From Balanoglossus misakiensis (taxonomy: Eukaryota; Animalia; Hemichordata): 64,000 bases of DNA. The stretch covers positions 8,685,403 to 8,749,402 of the forward strand of contig CM082587.2 of the NCBI GenBank assembly GCA_040954595.2, given 5' to 3'. Under the pieces are notes generated by a model, which was not told the DNA's origin, did not search any database, and was given only the letters and a program-made list of their open reading frames with translations. A program made the position numbers and the translations under genes. Below are positions 10,801 to 21,000 of the stretch, one piece after another; position 1 is the stretch's first letter; the number at the start of each line of letters is the position of its first letter.

Positions 10801-12196
10801 ACAGATACCCACTACAAACATCAATGATTAAAATCTTACGATAGTTGCAGCCTTCTTCATCGCTCATGTCCCCACAGTTATTGACACCGTCACATCTTAG
10901 ATACGCTTTGATGCAATAAATCCTATTGCTACACAGGAAGTCTCCATCTATGCAAGGTACTGTGGTGGTATGATGTGGTATAGTATGGTGAAGTGTGGTG
11001 TTATGTGGTGTGAAGTGGTATTATATAGTGCGTTGTTATGTATGTGGTGTTGGGTGATTTGGTATGGTGTGGTAAAAAAAGAAAAACATGTCATTTTAAT
11101 TGCCATAGATTTTATAAAAAATAGTACTGTAGCCGTGGTGATCTTCAAAACAAAATCAAGTCAGGTTTGATAACACTCTACAGATCAACTAATAAATGTT
11201 GAAGCCTGAGCTTTCAGCGACGTGTAGTTTCTTCCGTCAGATGCAAAAATTGATGGCCCATTTAGTTTCAGTCTATGTCGACTGATCATTGCAAAATTGA
11301 ATTTAAGTCAAACATATTAAGTTAGCTGTCTATGCCTATGTCAACAGAATTTAAAACATTATTTTGCTTCCCAATCAATTTTCATTTTAGCTTCATATTG
11401 AATGGGTTTTAGATTGATGAAACAGTGTTTTTCAAGACTCACAAGATCTCATTTGCCAGACAAATCATAAGTGTTTCTGTCCAAAGTGAACAGTAAATTA
11501 TCTTACTGTAGTAAGGAGCGACTCTGTCATTTTCCAGGAAAATCATCTCTTTATGTTTCGATTCCCGGACGGCTGATCGTCGGAGCTTGTTTGTGTTACA
11601 TACAGTCACTGTGGGGAACTCCAGTTGTTTTTCAGATATTAATGTTACCTATCAAGACACCAAATGTTATTGAGGTTACAATTTGGTTACATTTTACGCA
11701 AAGTAAATTCTGAAAGCTTATTGAAGTATACAAAGGGAAACAATCTAACGGAACCTCTGATTGACCTTTCTATGGTGGCCAGTCAAGGGACTTTCCTAAA
11801 CTGGCCTATATAGGCAGGTGGCCACAATAGACAGGTCAATTAAAACACCTGTAAATTGCACAGGGACTGTAACAAATGGCCACTGTATAGAGGTGACCGC
11901 TATATAGAGGTGGCCACAAACAGGGGTTTGACTGTACATGCAATCTACTGTACCTTTACACTGACATCATAGGAGAGATATTCTTGAAGTAGAACGGCAG
12001 TTTGAAACCCGAGGACACCTAACGCGGAAAAAACAATTAACGTCCACGTCGCGCGACTTGTTGTGTTCCCAGCACGAGCGATTCTTCCGATACCGTGGGC
12101 TGATGTTGAGTTTGCGAAGCTTGTAGCCAGCGAACCGATTTTGTTGTCTGTGTTTGCGGGTTTCTCCACCCTGGGTGGCGGTGGTGTTGCTGCCAT
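823..12196 (-). CDS. DEG/ENaC (amiloride-sensitive sodium channel family) subunit with inserted LDLa x3, F-type lectin x3, PAN and LDLa cassette; 3'-incomplete (TM2 exon left of window)
   Basis: Exons (minus strand): 12196-11954, 11648-11507, 10959-10840, 10360-10238, 9730-9611, 9307-9104, 8845-8630, 7743-7522, 7225-7013, 6788-6582, 6170-5904, 5370-5098, 4977-4840, 4119-3828, 3660-3554, 3381-3218, 2697-2590, 2146-2038, 1884-1812, 1624-1567, 1314-1244, 898-823. All introns are GT-AG with consistent phases, giving ~1180 aa open. Family motifs: STSAHG plus hydrophobic TM1, FPTVTVCNTN, LGHQIDDFILDCSYAG, YGNCFQFN, GLSLTL, PYGDC, Cys-rich thumb (CENSCYQ..CGC..CNCPAQC), WPS, LVRVEVYFETLNYE..SENPSY. 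Confidence 0.9.
1110..1202. mobile_element. ~90 bp MITE family with AACCCTTTC...GAAAGGGTTAA ends (piggyBac-like TTAA)
   Basis: Related copies at ~2478-2562, 3731-3813, 5784-5863, 16060-16146, 31511-31545 and 36607-36697. They share CACCATGGTTCAGTCCAAACCCATT. Confidence 0.7.
4288..4907. repeat. Tandem duplication of ~300 bp containing (CA)n, (CATA)n and (GACA)n microsatellites plus part of an LDLa exon
   Basis: Units ~4288-4621 and ~4622-4907 share the unique sequence AAGGAATGTTAATGTCTTACCAGATG...TGTCACAAATC. Confidence 0.92.
4840..4977 (-). CDS. Fourth LDLa repeat exon inside the DEG/ENaC ectodomain
   Basis: CEDGFTTCQSGKCISPYRICDTIMDCDDGFDEQDC; phase 1-1 exon. Confidence 0.88.
5098..5370 (-). 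CDS. PAN/apple-like domain exon inside the DEG/ENaC ectodomain
   Basis: VTLETCLQTCENWNRYLCNCFDFDTQTLVCRLYE matches the PAN pattern C-x3-C...C-x2-F-x-(F/Y)...C-x-L. The exon is phase 1-1. Confidence 0.75.
5904..9307 (-). CDS. Three tandem F-type lectin (fucolectin/F5-8 type C-like) domains, two exons each, inside the DEG/ENaC ectodomain
   Basis: Domains start NVAL/NLAK, contain DG..C and (PWW/PFY/LWW)xVDL, and end G(R/Q)(Y/F)..L.LCEV(E/K)(V/I). Exon pairs are 9307-9104 + 8845-8630, 7743-7522 + 7225-7013 and 6788-6582 + 6170-5904. Confidence 0.88.
8033..8532. mobile_element. Tc1/mariner (pogo/Tigger-like) MITE interrupted by the 8126-8448 element
   Basis: TA|CAGTAAAACCTGTCTA ... TAGACAGGTTCGACTG|TA ends with a TA target duplication. 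Confidence 0.75.
8126..8448. mobile_element. ~320 bp MITE with TIRs AAAGGGACAAAGTCTCTCTCTCGCTGC
   Basis: The left end pairs with the right end GCAGTGAGAGAGAAACTTTGTCCCTTT, with an internal palindromic structure. Related copies at ~6280-6545, 16349-16953, 25050-25240 and 30751-31052. Confidence 0.85.
9611..10959 (-). CDS. Three LDL-receptor class A repeat exons inside the DEG/ENaC ectodomain
   Basis: CIDGDFLCSNRIYCIKAYLRCDGVNNCGDMSDEEGC (10959-10840), CDSNQIRCHTGSELGICIRKELGCDRYKDCYGGEDEDNC (10360-10238) and CDLQTSFHCMTSRECVDKVALCDGHYDCRDGSDEADIFC (9730-9611). Each has six Cys and an acidic Ca-binding C-terminal motif. Confidence 0.9.
11785..11935. mobile_element. Partial Tc1/mariner-type MITE
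   Basis: Ends in ...GGTTTGACTG|TA. Homologous to ~19545-19690 (GACAGGTCAATT..TGTAAATTGCA.AGGGACTGTAA..TGGCCACT). Confidence 0.6.
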
Positions 12197-12364
12197 TTCG
12201 GGGCAGTCATATATGACAGCAGGAAATGCTGATTATCTCACTAGCATTCACCAGTCGCATATGCTCAGTGCTTATCAAACCTGGTTGGTTTCTCGTCTCG
12301 GACAACAGAATCTGTCAGAGCAGATCCTAATTGTTAGGGGTTTATTAACCATACAAAGGAAACT

Positions 12365-12571
12365 ACTGTAAAATGTGAAATCCTCGCAAACGATAAATTT
12401 TCGCTAACCTCGCAAGAGCCAAAAAAATGCGCAAATTAAAAGTCGCGTAAAATGTTTTTAAGAGATATCGGATGCAGTGAAATACGAGAACCCGAATATT
12501 GATTGTCGTGTAACAGTTGCCTTTTGATATCGCGAAAATTCCCGGTCACAAAAATTTCCCGTTTTACAGTA
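12365..12571. mobile_element. MITE with TACTGTAAAA...TTTTACAGTA ends
   Basis: Terminal inverted repeats present. Homologous copies at ~14706-14900 and 62741-62934 share AACAGTTGCC..TTTGATATCGCGAA. Confidence 0.75.
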
Positions 12572-13930
12572 AGCCCAATTTCAGATCAATAATTTACGTT
12601 CAAGCCTGTGCAGATAATTAACCTGGCTGCCGCAAAAATGAAACCCTTCAGTTTGCTCATGAAAAGCGACGCGACAATAAGACACATGGTTTTCTCAAGA
12701 AACTAAAAATTACTACATACAGGTAGTTGCCAGATGGAAGCAGTCATCCTTATCTTCAGGATAGGCATGGCCAATCAAGATCTCATTACATATGGTCTTA
12801 AAGATGCATTTACCTTCACTGGCTATGACTTGCTTGCTTTTTAGGTACCTACCCTTTAATCTAGCCTGTCTACATGCTGAGTGGAGTGAGCTTACAGTTG
12901 ACCTGTATATAAGAATTTCAAAAGCCAGACGGCATAGAGAGCATTTTGTATCTAAGAGAATTGACCAAAATTAGGTCAAAAGAGAGTGGTGTTGTCCCTT
13001 TAAAAGCGTATGCACAATAGCAGCGTGCAATCAACATTTAAAAAGCCAACTGTTTAAAGTTTAATTTTAAATATTGTCAGATCGACATGACACTAGCATC
13101 ACCCTGCAGTTGTATATTGTTATATCATCTTCTCTCGCAAATGAAATGTTGAATGATTTAGTTTAGCAGGGACTTAAATCAACGAAGCTGTTAAGAACCC
13201 CAGGCTGGTCATATTAAATTTCATTTTTTTCGTAATTTAAAACGAAGATGACAGCTCAGTCCTGATAAGCAAGTAATTTGATACCAGCATTATTGTCGCC
13301 GAGAGCGGACTTCTACTATTTGGGACAGTACCGTTTATGTTTTGAAGTTCTGTGTACCAATATCTTGGTACACATTGTTCAGTATCTTACGTGCTCCACT
13401 TAATAGTCAAATTCAAATTTTGCACAACAAAAATGCTAACTGTATACACATATGTTGTTTGAAGCTAAATGCTGGGCATTTCATTGTGTTTCAGAGAGTT
13501 GACAAACCAGCTGCAGTACAAAAAAAACATGTTCAGAACTAATTTCTGATTTCCTTTTAATCTTAGATTTTCTTCAACAGACATAAGTGTTGGCATCACT
13601 TTGAAGCAGCTGTATCATAATTTGTCTTTTGAAGTTCATGCACACTCAAAAAACAGTCCTTTCCTGGAAAGGTGTGGTGACAATTATGGGTTACTTCACC
13701 AGTATTTTAATGTTTTCAAATACAGGAGGTATTATTTTCAGATTGTGGAATTCCCAAATTAGTTTGGAATGCGGTAAAACAGGAATACTGAAGTGAAAAA
13801 TAACAATCTTATTTTAGTATAAAGTAAGCAATATATTGAGGTGTAGTGTCAAAATTCTTTCTAAATTCTCAGTGAAAAAACACTGCGACACATGTTTACT
13901 ACCTTTCAATGGAGAGAAATTGCTAATTAC

Positions 13931-14401
13931 CTTGACATTCAAGTTGTAGTCTAGATATTGCTGGGCCAGTACGCTCACCTGGTAGCTGAGAACAGTTAAC
14001 GCTGCAACTACGATAATTACCCATGCTGTACGTGCCCGTGCGTTCGGCGCGCTGGCAATTTGCGATAAACCGTGGACACTTGTTGATACTGCAAACCGTG
14101 TGGCCAGTGCTCTGAGGTTCTTTGTTGAGGAGGGCTTGGTGTTTTGAGGTTTCCTGTCCGTCGATGTTGGCACGGCATTGATGATGGAAAGATTTAAGTT
14201 GGTATCGTCATTTTGAGGTTTCTCGGTTAACGATGTTGCCATGACGTTGATGTTGTCTGAGGAAAGATTTGGGCTGGATTCTTCATTTTGAAGTTCCGGT
14301 GTTGCCATGACGTTGACGTTGCCTGTGGAAAGATTCGCGTTGGAATCTTCGTTGAAAAGATTTAAACTGAATTCTTCATTTTGAAGTTCAGATGTCGCCA
14401 T
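13931..14401 (-). CDS. Second (distal) first coding exon of the DEG/ENaC gene: repetitive cytoplasmic N-terminus, HG motif and TM1
   Basis: Translation ...FAVSTSVHGLSQIASAPNARARTAWVIIVVAALTVLSYQVSVLAQQYLDYNLNVK is followed by a GTAATT donor at 13930. It is paralogous to exon 12196-11954 (...FANSTSAHGIGRI...YLSYDVSVK|GTACAG), with the same phase-0 donor position. Confidence 0.75.
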
Positions 14402-14705
14402 GATGCTGATTATATCTTCAGTGGAAAGATTTGCGTTGCATTCCTTGTTTTATAGTTTCCCATTTATCTAAGTCACAATGACGTTGATGTTTTCTGTGAA
14501 AAGATTTAAGTTGAATTCCTTGCAAATGGACATTAAGTTTCTATGATTCTATCTTCTGCACCTGCGCTGTGCGTAGTCGCTCTCATCAAGTGTTGAAAGA
14601 TAAAACTGCCGCAAAGAAAGTCGTAAATTATAAATTTAACTGTAATCAACCTGAATCAGTTCTTAGAAAATGCTAATCAAATCAACAGTCTACAAATAGA
14701 TTTCT

Positions 14706-14900
14706 TCTGAAAAACGGGAAATTTTCATGAACGATAAATTTTTCGTGAACTACACAAGAGCCAAAAGCACGAAAAATAAATAGTCACGTAAAATGTTTTT
14801 CGGAGCTAACGATGCAGTGAAATACGAGAACGTGAAACTTATCGTCCCGTGACAGTTGCCACTTTTGATATCGCGAAAATATAACCTTCCGCACGGTACA
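14706..14900. mobile_element. Copy of the 12365-12571 MITE upstream of the distal first exon
   Basis: Shares AACGATAAATTTT..CAAGAGCCAAAA..GTAAAATGTTTTT..GATGCAGTGAAATACGAGAAC..TTTTGATATCGCGAAAAT with the 12365 copy. Confidence 0.72.
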
Positions 14901-15584
14901 TAAAATGATCAATTTAAACTTTTGAACGTTCAACCTTACTAGGTCCCAAGTTAACTTGTTTGCAGATCTCACTGTGCATTTCATAAGCACAATTCTCAGT
15001 AAACTAACAGTAAAAAATTCCTAAAACTGCGAATGGATGGTTCCGTATTTCAATCTTTAATTTAAGTCTGAAGACACTAAGCCTTATATCGCTGTCTGGT
15101 ATCACATTTCAAACTGAAATAAGAACTTTCGGGTAAACATTAGACGTTTACTTTAAATCTTTTAGCATTAAAACAATATTAAAATCACTGTCTTATCAAT
15201 AATCTAGAATAATATTTTCATTATTAATTAGCACAGATCCCTCCCCAATACCGAAATATTACCCTAGTTTGCCAGCTTGAGATTTCGCTCTCTTTAAGGT
15301 ACCTAGGTATGTCAAGTATAGGTAGTGTGTTCGACCTAAAGTGAACCGTTACCTTTCTGGTAAAGGGGTTCTGTGTGAAAAACTGGAATGTTCTGTGTTC
15401 TGTTTCGTTCACTTTCACTTATTCATGTACTGCCTGTTCTAACGACCAACATAGCGTTATCGAAACACCTTGGAAATAGTGAAATAATCATCAAAGGTTA
15501 CAGTTAATGTCTCTTTAATTTTACATTCTTTTTCTTTCTTTCCAGATCTTAGACAAGCTGGCATTGTATGCCGTGAATCTTCTG

Positions 15585-15617
15585 ATTGATTAAGTTGTTG
15601 GTTGGTTGGTTGGTTGG

Positions 15618-15671
<54 letters not shown>

Positions 15672-15672
15672 T

Positions 15673-15732
<60 letters not shown>
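15585..15732. repeat. (GGTT)n/(GATT)n microsatellite
   Basis: Visible array. Confidence 0.95.
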
Positions 15733-15735
<3 letters not shown>

Positions 15736-16348
15736 CACTGATGAACAAACTCAACATATAACACCTTGATGTCCCTGCGTGAAGATTAACTCCAGGTAAA
15801 TACAGTTAGAGCTCCATTTAGCTGTAACTTTTCATGCGAGAGCATTGCATCAATACAGAAGAGTGTGTCGCACACTGCGGGATTGCTCTTGACCTTGGAA
15901 GTCTGCGAGAGATAAATTGAAACCATACTCGGTGAAATGAATGGGATATTTCTTACGTTAACACAAAGCTGCAAGAAAATGTTTTCAACCATTTCAGTAC
16001 ATGTATGTGAAACCCTCTTTCCTTCGATTAATTTTCCATTCTTTTTTTCCCTGTCAGTAAACCTTCCACCCCTAGTTACCTGTTTAGAGACCCAATCTCA
16101 CCATAGAAAACATTGGGTTTGGACTGGACCATGGTGGTGAAAGGGATATACAAGCAGCTCAGACTACTTCTCCACTTTCTATGCCTGGAATCATTTGATT
16201 ATATTGACTGCCACTGCCAACTCCAGAAGCCTTCTTCTCCTGGTGAGCATGATATGCGATGAGAGAACTCAATATTGAACACCTTGATGTCCATCTACAC
16301 TGAAGGAATCATGATTCGAGGTGTGATGAGTCTTTGTAAATGCAGTTT

Positions 16349-16953
16349 AAAGGACAAGGTCTCTCTCTTGCTGCCCTTTTCCCATTAGTTATGTTTGATA
16401 CAATGTATATAGTGAATCAACGTTCAACCACAAACAACTTCCGTCCTGCATATAGATATGAGAGTAAAAATGTCGCCAAAATGAATAAATGGTAAACACT
16501 GATTATTCATTTTTGGCTACTTTAGATTATTCATTTATTGCCGAAAATAATTCTTCATTTACAAATTAAATTCATGGGGGGGGGGGGGGGGTCTTTTCAA
16601 CATTGAGACTTTCAAAATGGCCGCCTATATCTGTGCTTAGTCTATGGCATTCAAAATGGCCGCCAAATTTAGTGACTTTGGCAATCTCTATGGTAAACAT
16701 TATGGAAAAATTTACTCATAGTTCAACCACACACAACTTCCATACCACTTGTAGACACGAGAGTGAAAAACTCGCCAAAATGAATATTCGGTGTTTACCA
16801 TTCATTCATTTTGGCGAGATTTTTACTCTCATATCCTACAAACGTGATGGTTGAATGTTGATTCAATATATATCCACATGTGCATTAACATAAACAGTGT
16901 AGTTAATCAAACATAATAAATAGGAAGAGTGAGAGACAGACTTTGTCCCTTTA
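16349..16953. mobile_element. AAAGG(G)ACAAAG-TIR MITE copy carrying an internal insertion
   Basis: Both TIRs are present. The middle segment (~16520-16715, AAAATGGCCGCC repeats, related to ~28830-28900) is absent from the other copies. Confidence 0.7.
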
Positions 16954-17260
16954 AGTTCTGAATTTGTATTTTCTCTATTTACAGTATATAATTATATTTA
17001 AGATTTTAATTCAATTTTTTCCATGTTGATGTAGAAAATGAACTTTGAATGTCTACATATCAAAGATTACAGGATAAAGGTCACACATGTCATTGAAATA
17101 TTTACCCAAGAGATGGTTGATATAGTGAAAGTTTGCCGTGATTTGAATTATTATAAAAGACCAATGCACTCGATTACAATAGCTCGTGTCTGCCCCTGTG
17201 TCTGCCCCTTTCCCTTTAGCGTAGCGCAGCGAGCGGTGGGATTGGGGCAGGGGACCAGGC

Positions 17261-17973
17261 TAAGGGACCGTTCAGTTTTTACGGCCGGGGGGGGGGGGGT
17301 CGGCAAGTTTGTGTCATCGGTTTTCAAAATCAGGCCGACCCCCCCCCCCCTTCACCCAGGACCCAGGGTGGGTGTGGGAGGGGGTGTCCCCCTCCCACAT
17401 AAGAAAATTTTGTCAAATATGTAGCTCAAAGTTGCATTTTAATGAACTCAAAAGCAAATTATCTCATGTTTGGGAGGACCAATTTTACTTTTTTCCACTC
17501 CACTCAAAGTTAGAAGATTTGGCGTCATCTTCGTCATGACATCATTTATAAAACTTCTAGTAAATAGAAGATGCAGCGCGAAACTATCAGTTATTCGAAA
17601 TGGTTTAAACGATTATTCTCCTTTATGTATTTACTTTGTTAAATATTATCATCGGTGGGGTTGGGGTGGCAAGCATTCTACCCTGGTACACTAGACAAAC
17701 CAGCAAAAAATGAAATGTGGCGGAGAGTGAAGGGGGTGAGTGTGGGAGGGGGTGTCCCCCTCCCGCATTAGAAAATTTTGTAAAATAAAGGACACGAAAC
17801 TGCAATTTTGTGGACTCTAAAGCAAAACTTCGGTGGCAAAAGTATGTGACCCCCCTAAACCTTTAAAAAAACCAGATGACCCCCCCCCCTTTTGGACTTC
17901 AAAAATTAAGTGACCCCCCCCCCCCCCCATGGATTTTGCCGCCCCCCCCCCGGCCGTAAAAAACTAACCGACC
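17261..17973. mobile_element. ~710 bp non-autonomous TIR element directly upstream of the LRR gene
   Basis: GTTTTTACGGCCGGGGGGGGGGGGTCGGCAA at the left end is inverted to TTTGCCGCCCCCCCCCCGGCCGTAAAAAC at the right end. Internal direct repeat GTGTGGGAGGGGGTGTCCCCCTCCC at ~17372 and ~17740. Confidence 0.7.
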
Positions 17974-18074
17974 TGGCTCATTTTTGAGCATGCGCATTGC
18001 GTTAACTTCTGTAAATGCGCTGTCACAAATCCGAAAAACAACTTGAATCCGAACATTGCTAGATAAACGTTAAA

Positions 18075-21000
18075 ATGGCGTCTAGGTGTGATTTCGTCTT
18101 CTTCCTTATCGTTATGGTTTGTGCGTTGAGACTAGTGACATCCTCTTGCCCCGTAGATGCTGATCTACCGTGTCGATGCCCGTCATCGACAATCGTAGAC
18201 TGTTCAAATGCCAATTTGACAGATGTACCTGCCAACATTTCATCAGTCAACATGACGATACATCAGCTGTAAGTACATGTACACACGAAGATTTACGCAG
18301 TGAAGTGCACAGTTGATGTTTTAAGTTTGATCATGTTTGTACATAGAAAACTGCAATCAACGGCCAATTTCACTCTTTATCAACTAACACTAGTATACTG
18401 CTTGTCTAAAATGATGCCATTAACGAACACATTTCTCATTTCCCTGATTGCGCTGCGTTTTCCAACCCCTTCCCTGATTTGCGGAACTATATGTGCACTT
18501 GTTGCTTATACTTCATATACTGCAGACAATTTTTAAGAGATCATAAACGGATTGAGCATTTATACACCTGAGGCTGAGCGGATAGCAACAAGGGAAACCG
18601 GGCCCCCACTGTCGTTTTGCAGTAACGGGGTTGGCATGTGTTGGATTATTGCAGCCAGTGCAGCTGCAGTGGTTGTTTAGTTACACGAATAGAATAAAGA
18701 CAGTAGAATAGCAGTGCAGTACATACAAGCTAGTACCTCCATGATACAAGTTGCAACTCACTGTCGCCCTCAAAACGAATCAAACAATGTCATATAATGC
18801 ATGCCTGCCCAAAATTGGTATGCAATGCTGAGGAATCACTGGTTGATTTGAGGGTCTATGAGTGAAAACACTCATGGGCAGAGCGGAGATAGAGATTGTG
18901 TGATGGACACAGGGGTCATTATGCTCAAGATTGTAATGGCCTGTGACTTGGCCACTGCCAATCAACCAGCTGCTGTAATTGAGTTGTCCTGTACTGTGTA
19001 CACAGTAAAAGACTGGGCAGTGTTTGAACAATGTATGTTTGTTTTGTTTGCTGTATTGTACAATTGGCAGGTTTAATGATAATAATGGGAAAGCAATGAA
19101 CTTGTTTTTAATTAATGGCAACTTTGTATGTTATCCAGCCATCTGTGCTGCCACGCCAAACATCACAACCTGTACTAGGATCTTCAGTTGCTGTCATGAC
19201 CAGTCTATGCTACAGTTGGCTGCTTCGTTCATTCTAAGAATTATCTAATTTCACAGATTTGTGGATGAATTGTGATGTTTATAAACAAACAAACACGGCA
19301 CGACGACCCCTTCACTTTAATAACCATGACAAGCTGTTTTGAAGAGTAATGTACATGTATCTGTCAGTACTGTACAGTTTTAAATAATCAGAAATACAAT
19401 ACTATATATACACTTATGCTTAATAGATTAAAATATACAGTGTTCTCCCCAGGAATTTCTCATACAGTATCAACTAATTTGCATGACAATATTTTATTGT
19501 TATGATAATTAGTTTCTGTTGTTTCCATAAAAAATACAGGATATACTTTCCTAAACTGTCCTTTATAGACAGGTGACCTTTACATACAGGTCAATTAATG
19601 CACATGTAAATTGCAAAGGGACTGTAAAAAAGTGGCCACTATATAAAGGTGACCAATATATAGAGATGGCCACTAACACAGGGGATGCTAACTCAACTGT
19701 TATTTTTATGTGTTACTTATGATATGTAGGAATGACCTTAGGGGAGCTAACATTGCCTGTTGGAACAATAACTACAGTACTAATGACAGGTGTTAGTCAG
19801 ACACTGATTTTCTGAACTAATACAGTTGTAACTGTTTTCTATTGACAGAAATCTACAACACAATATGATTAAAACCCTTGCAGATGATGCTTTCCAGGGA
19901 CTCTACCAGCTAACAGAAATGTAAGTCACGCTTCAGTAAACTTTCTGTCTGTGTTCATCTTAAGATACTTAGTTAGTTGGTATGTGTAAAAAACAACATG
20001 GAATTATATAATTATCAGACGTCTTTCTTGTATGTAGAAATTCAAGAAGCTGCACCATTATTGTTATTTTCATAACAATTTTACAAAAGACATGTACATG
20101 CACCAGTCAATGCATGCATCACCATTCACAGCTGATGTCTGAAAATTATGTCACTCTGCTTGATTTCAGATATACATTTTGTCCCTTTGAGAAAAGTGAT
20201 AACCAAATAAACTTTGTGTTTCAATAACCTAATCACTTTTTAACAAGGAGCTCTGACCAGTGATCCTGCTTTTTTGACTTTTTAGAAATTTTCCTCTTTC
20301 CAGAAAATTACACAACTATTGTGGTCCTTTCTTGTTAGGGTAATAACTGACATAGTTGGAATTCTAAGATTGTTATCCTGCTGCACATATCAGGTTATTA
20401 CTCAGAATGGACTATTAAATGTAGTCAAGCATGCAAAGGCTGTCAGATAGGACAACATTCTTCACTGAGTGACTATTCCGGTACAGTGAATGCAAGCAAT
20501 AAATGGATAAGTAAAGTGAACAGGTCACTTGCAGTGAGTGCATCTGTCCCTGTAGCTTTCCTATTTTGAGAAGGAAACAGCAAAACTACAAGATCAGTGT
20601 TTATATCAACTTGAAGTTGAACTGTCAGTGTCAATTCATTGGATGTTTGATTCATACTTTCATAGTTTGTTTCATCATCTTCAACACTGAGACACAGGAA
20701 CACACTTTAACCCTAATGTTTAGAGTGTCAAGTCCCTAATGGAATATGTAGTTGCCACTTTTTCTTCTGAAACGTATTTTGACTGTCTTGTCATGGCTCT
20801 CATATGTACATAGACACACTTGGCAATCTGAGCCCCCTGAAAAATGTACCAAACCGCACTGGTTTGCAAGTTGTATTGGTCTGAGGCTCTTGTATAGGCC
20901 CTACTGATTAACATGCACTTGGCAGTCTAACAGGCCTGGGAGCCAGGATTCTGGGCACTCTGGAAATCAAATCAGTTTCAACTGACTTGGCAGCGTTAGG

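Noticed and set aside
4840-10959. The LDLa/lectin exons as an independent nested gene
   Set aside because: They are on the same strand as the channel, have no own start, signal peptide or stop exon, and their phases fit the channel exons on both sides. This is disfavoured but not excluded without cDNA.
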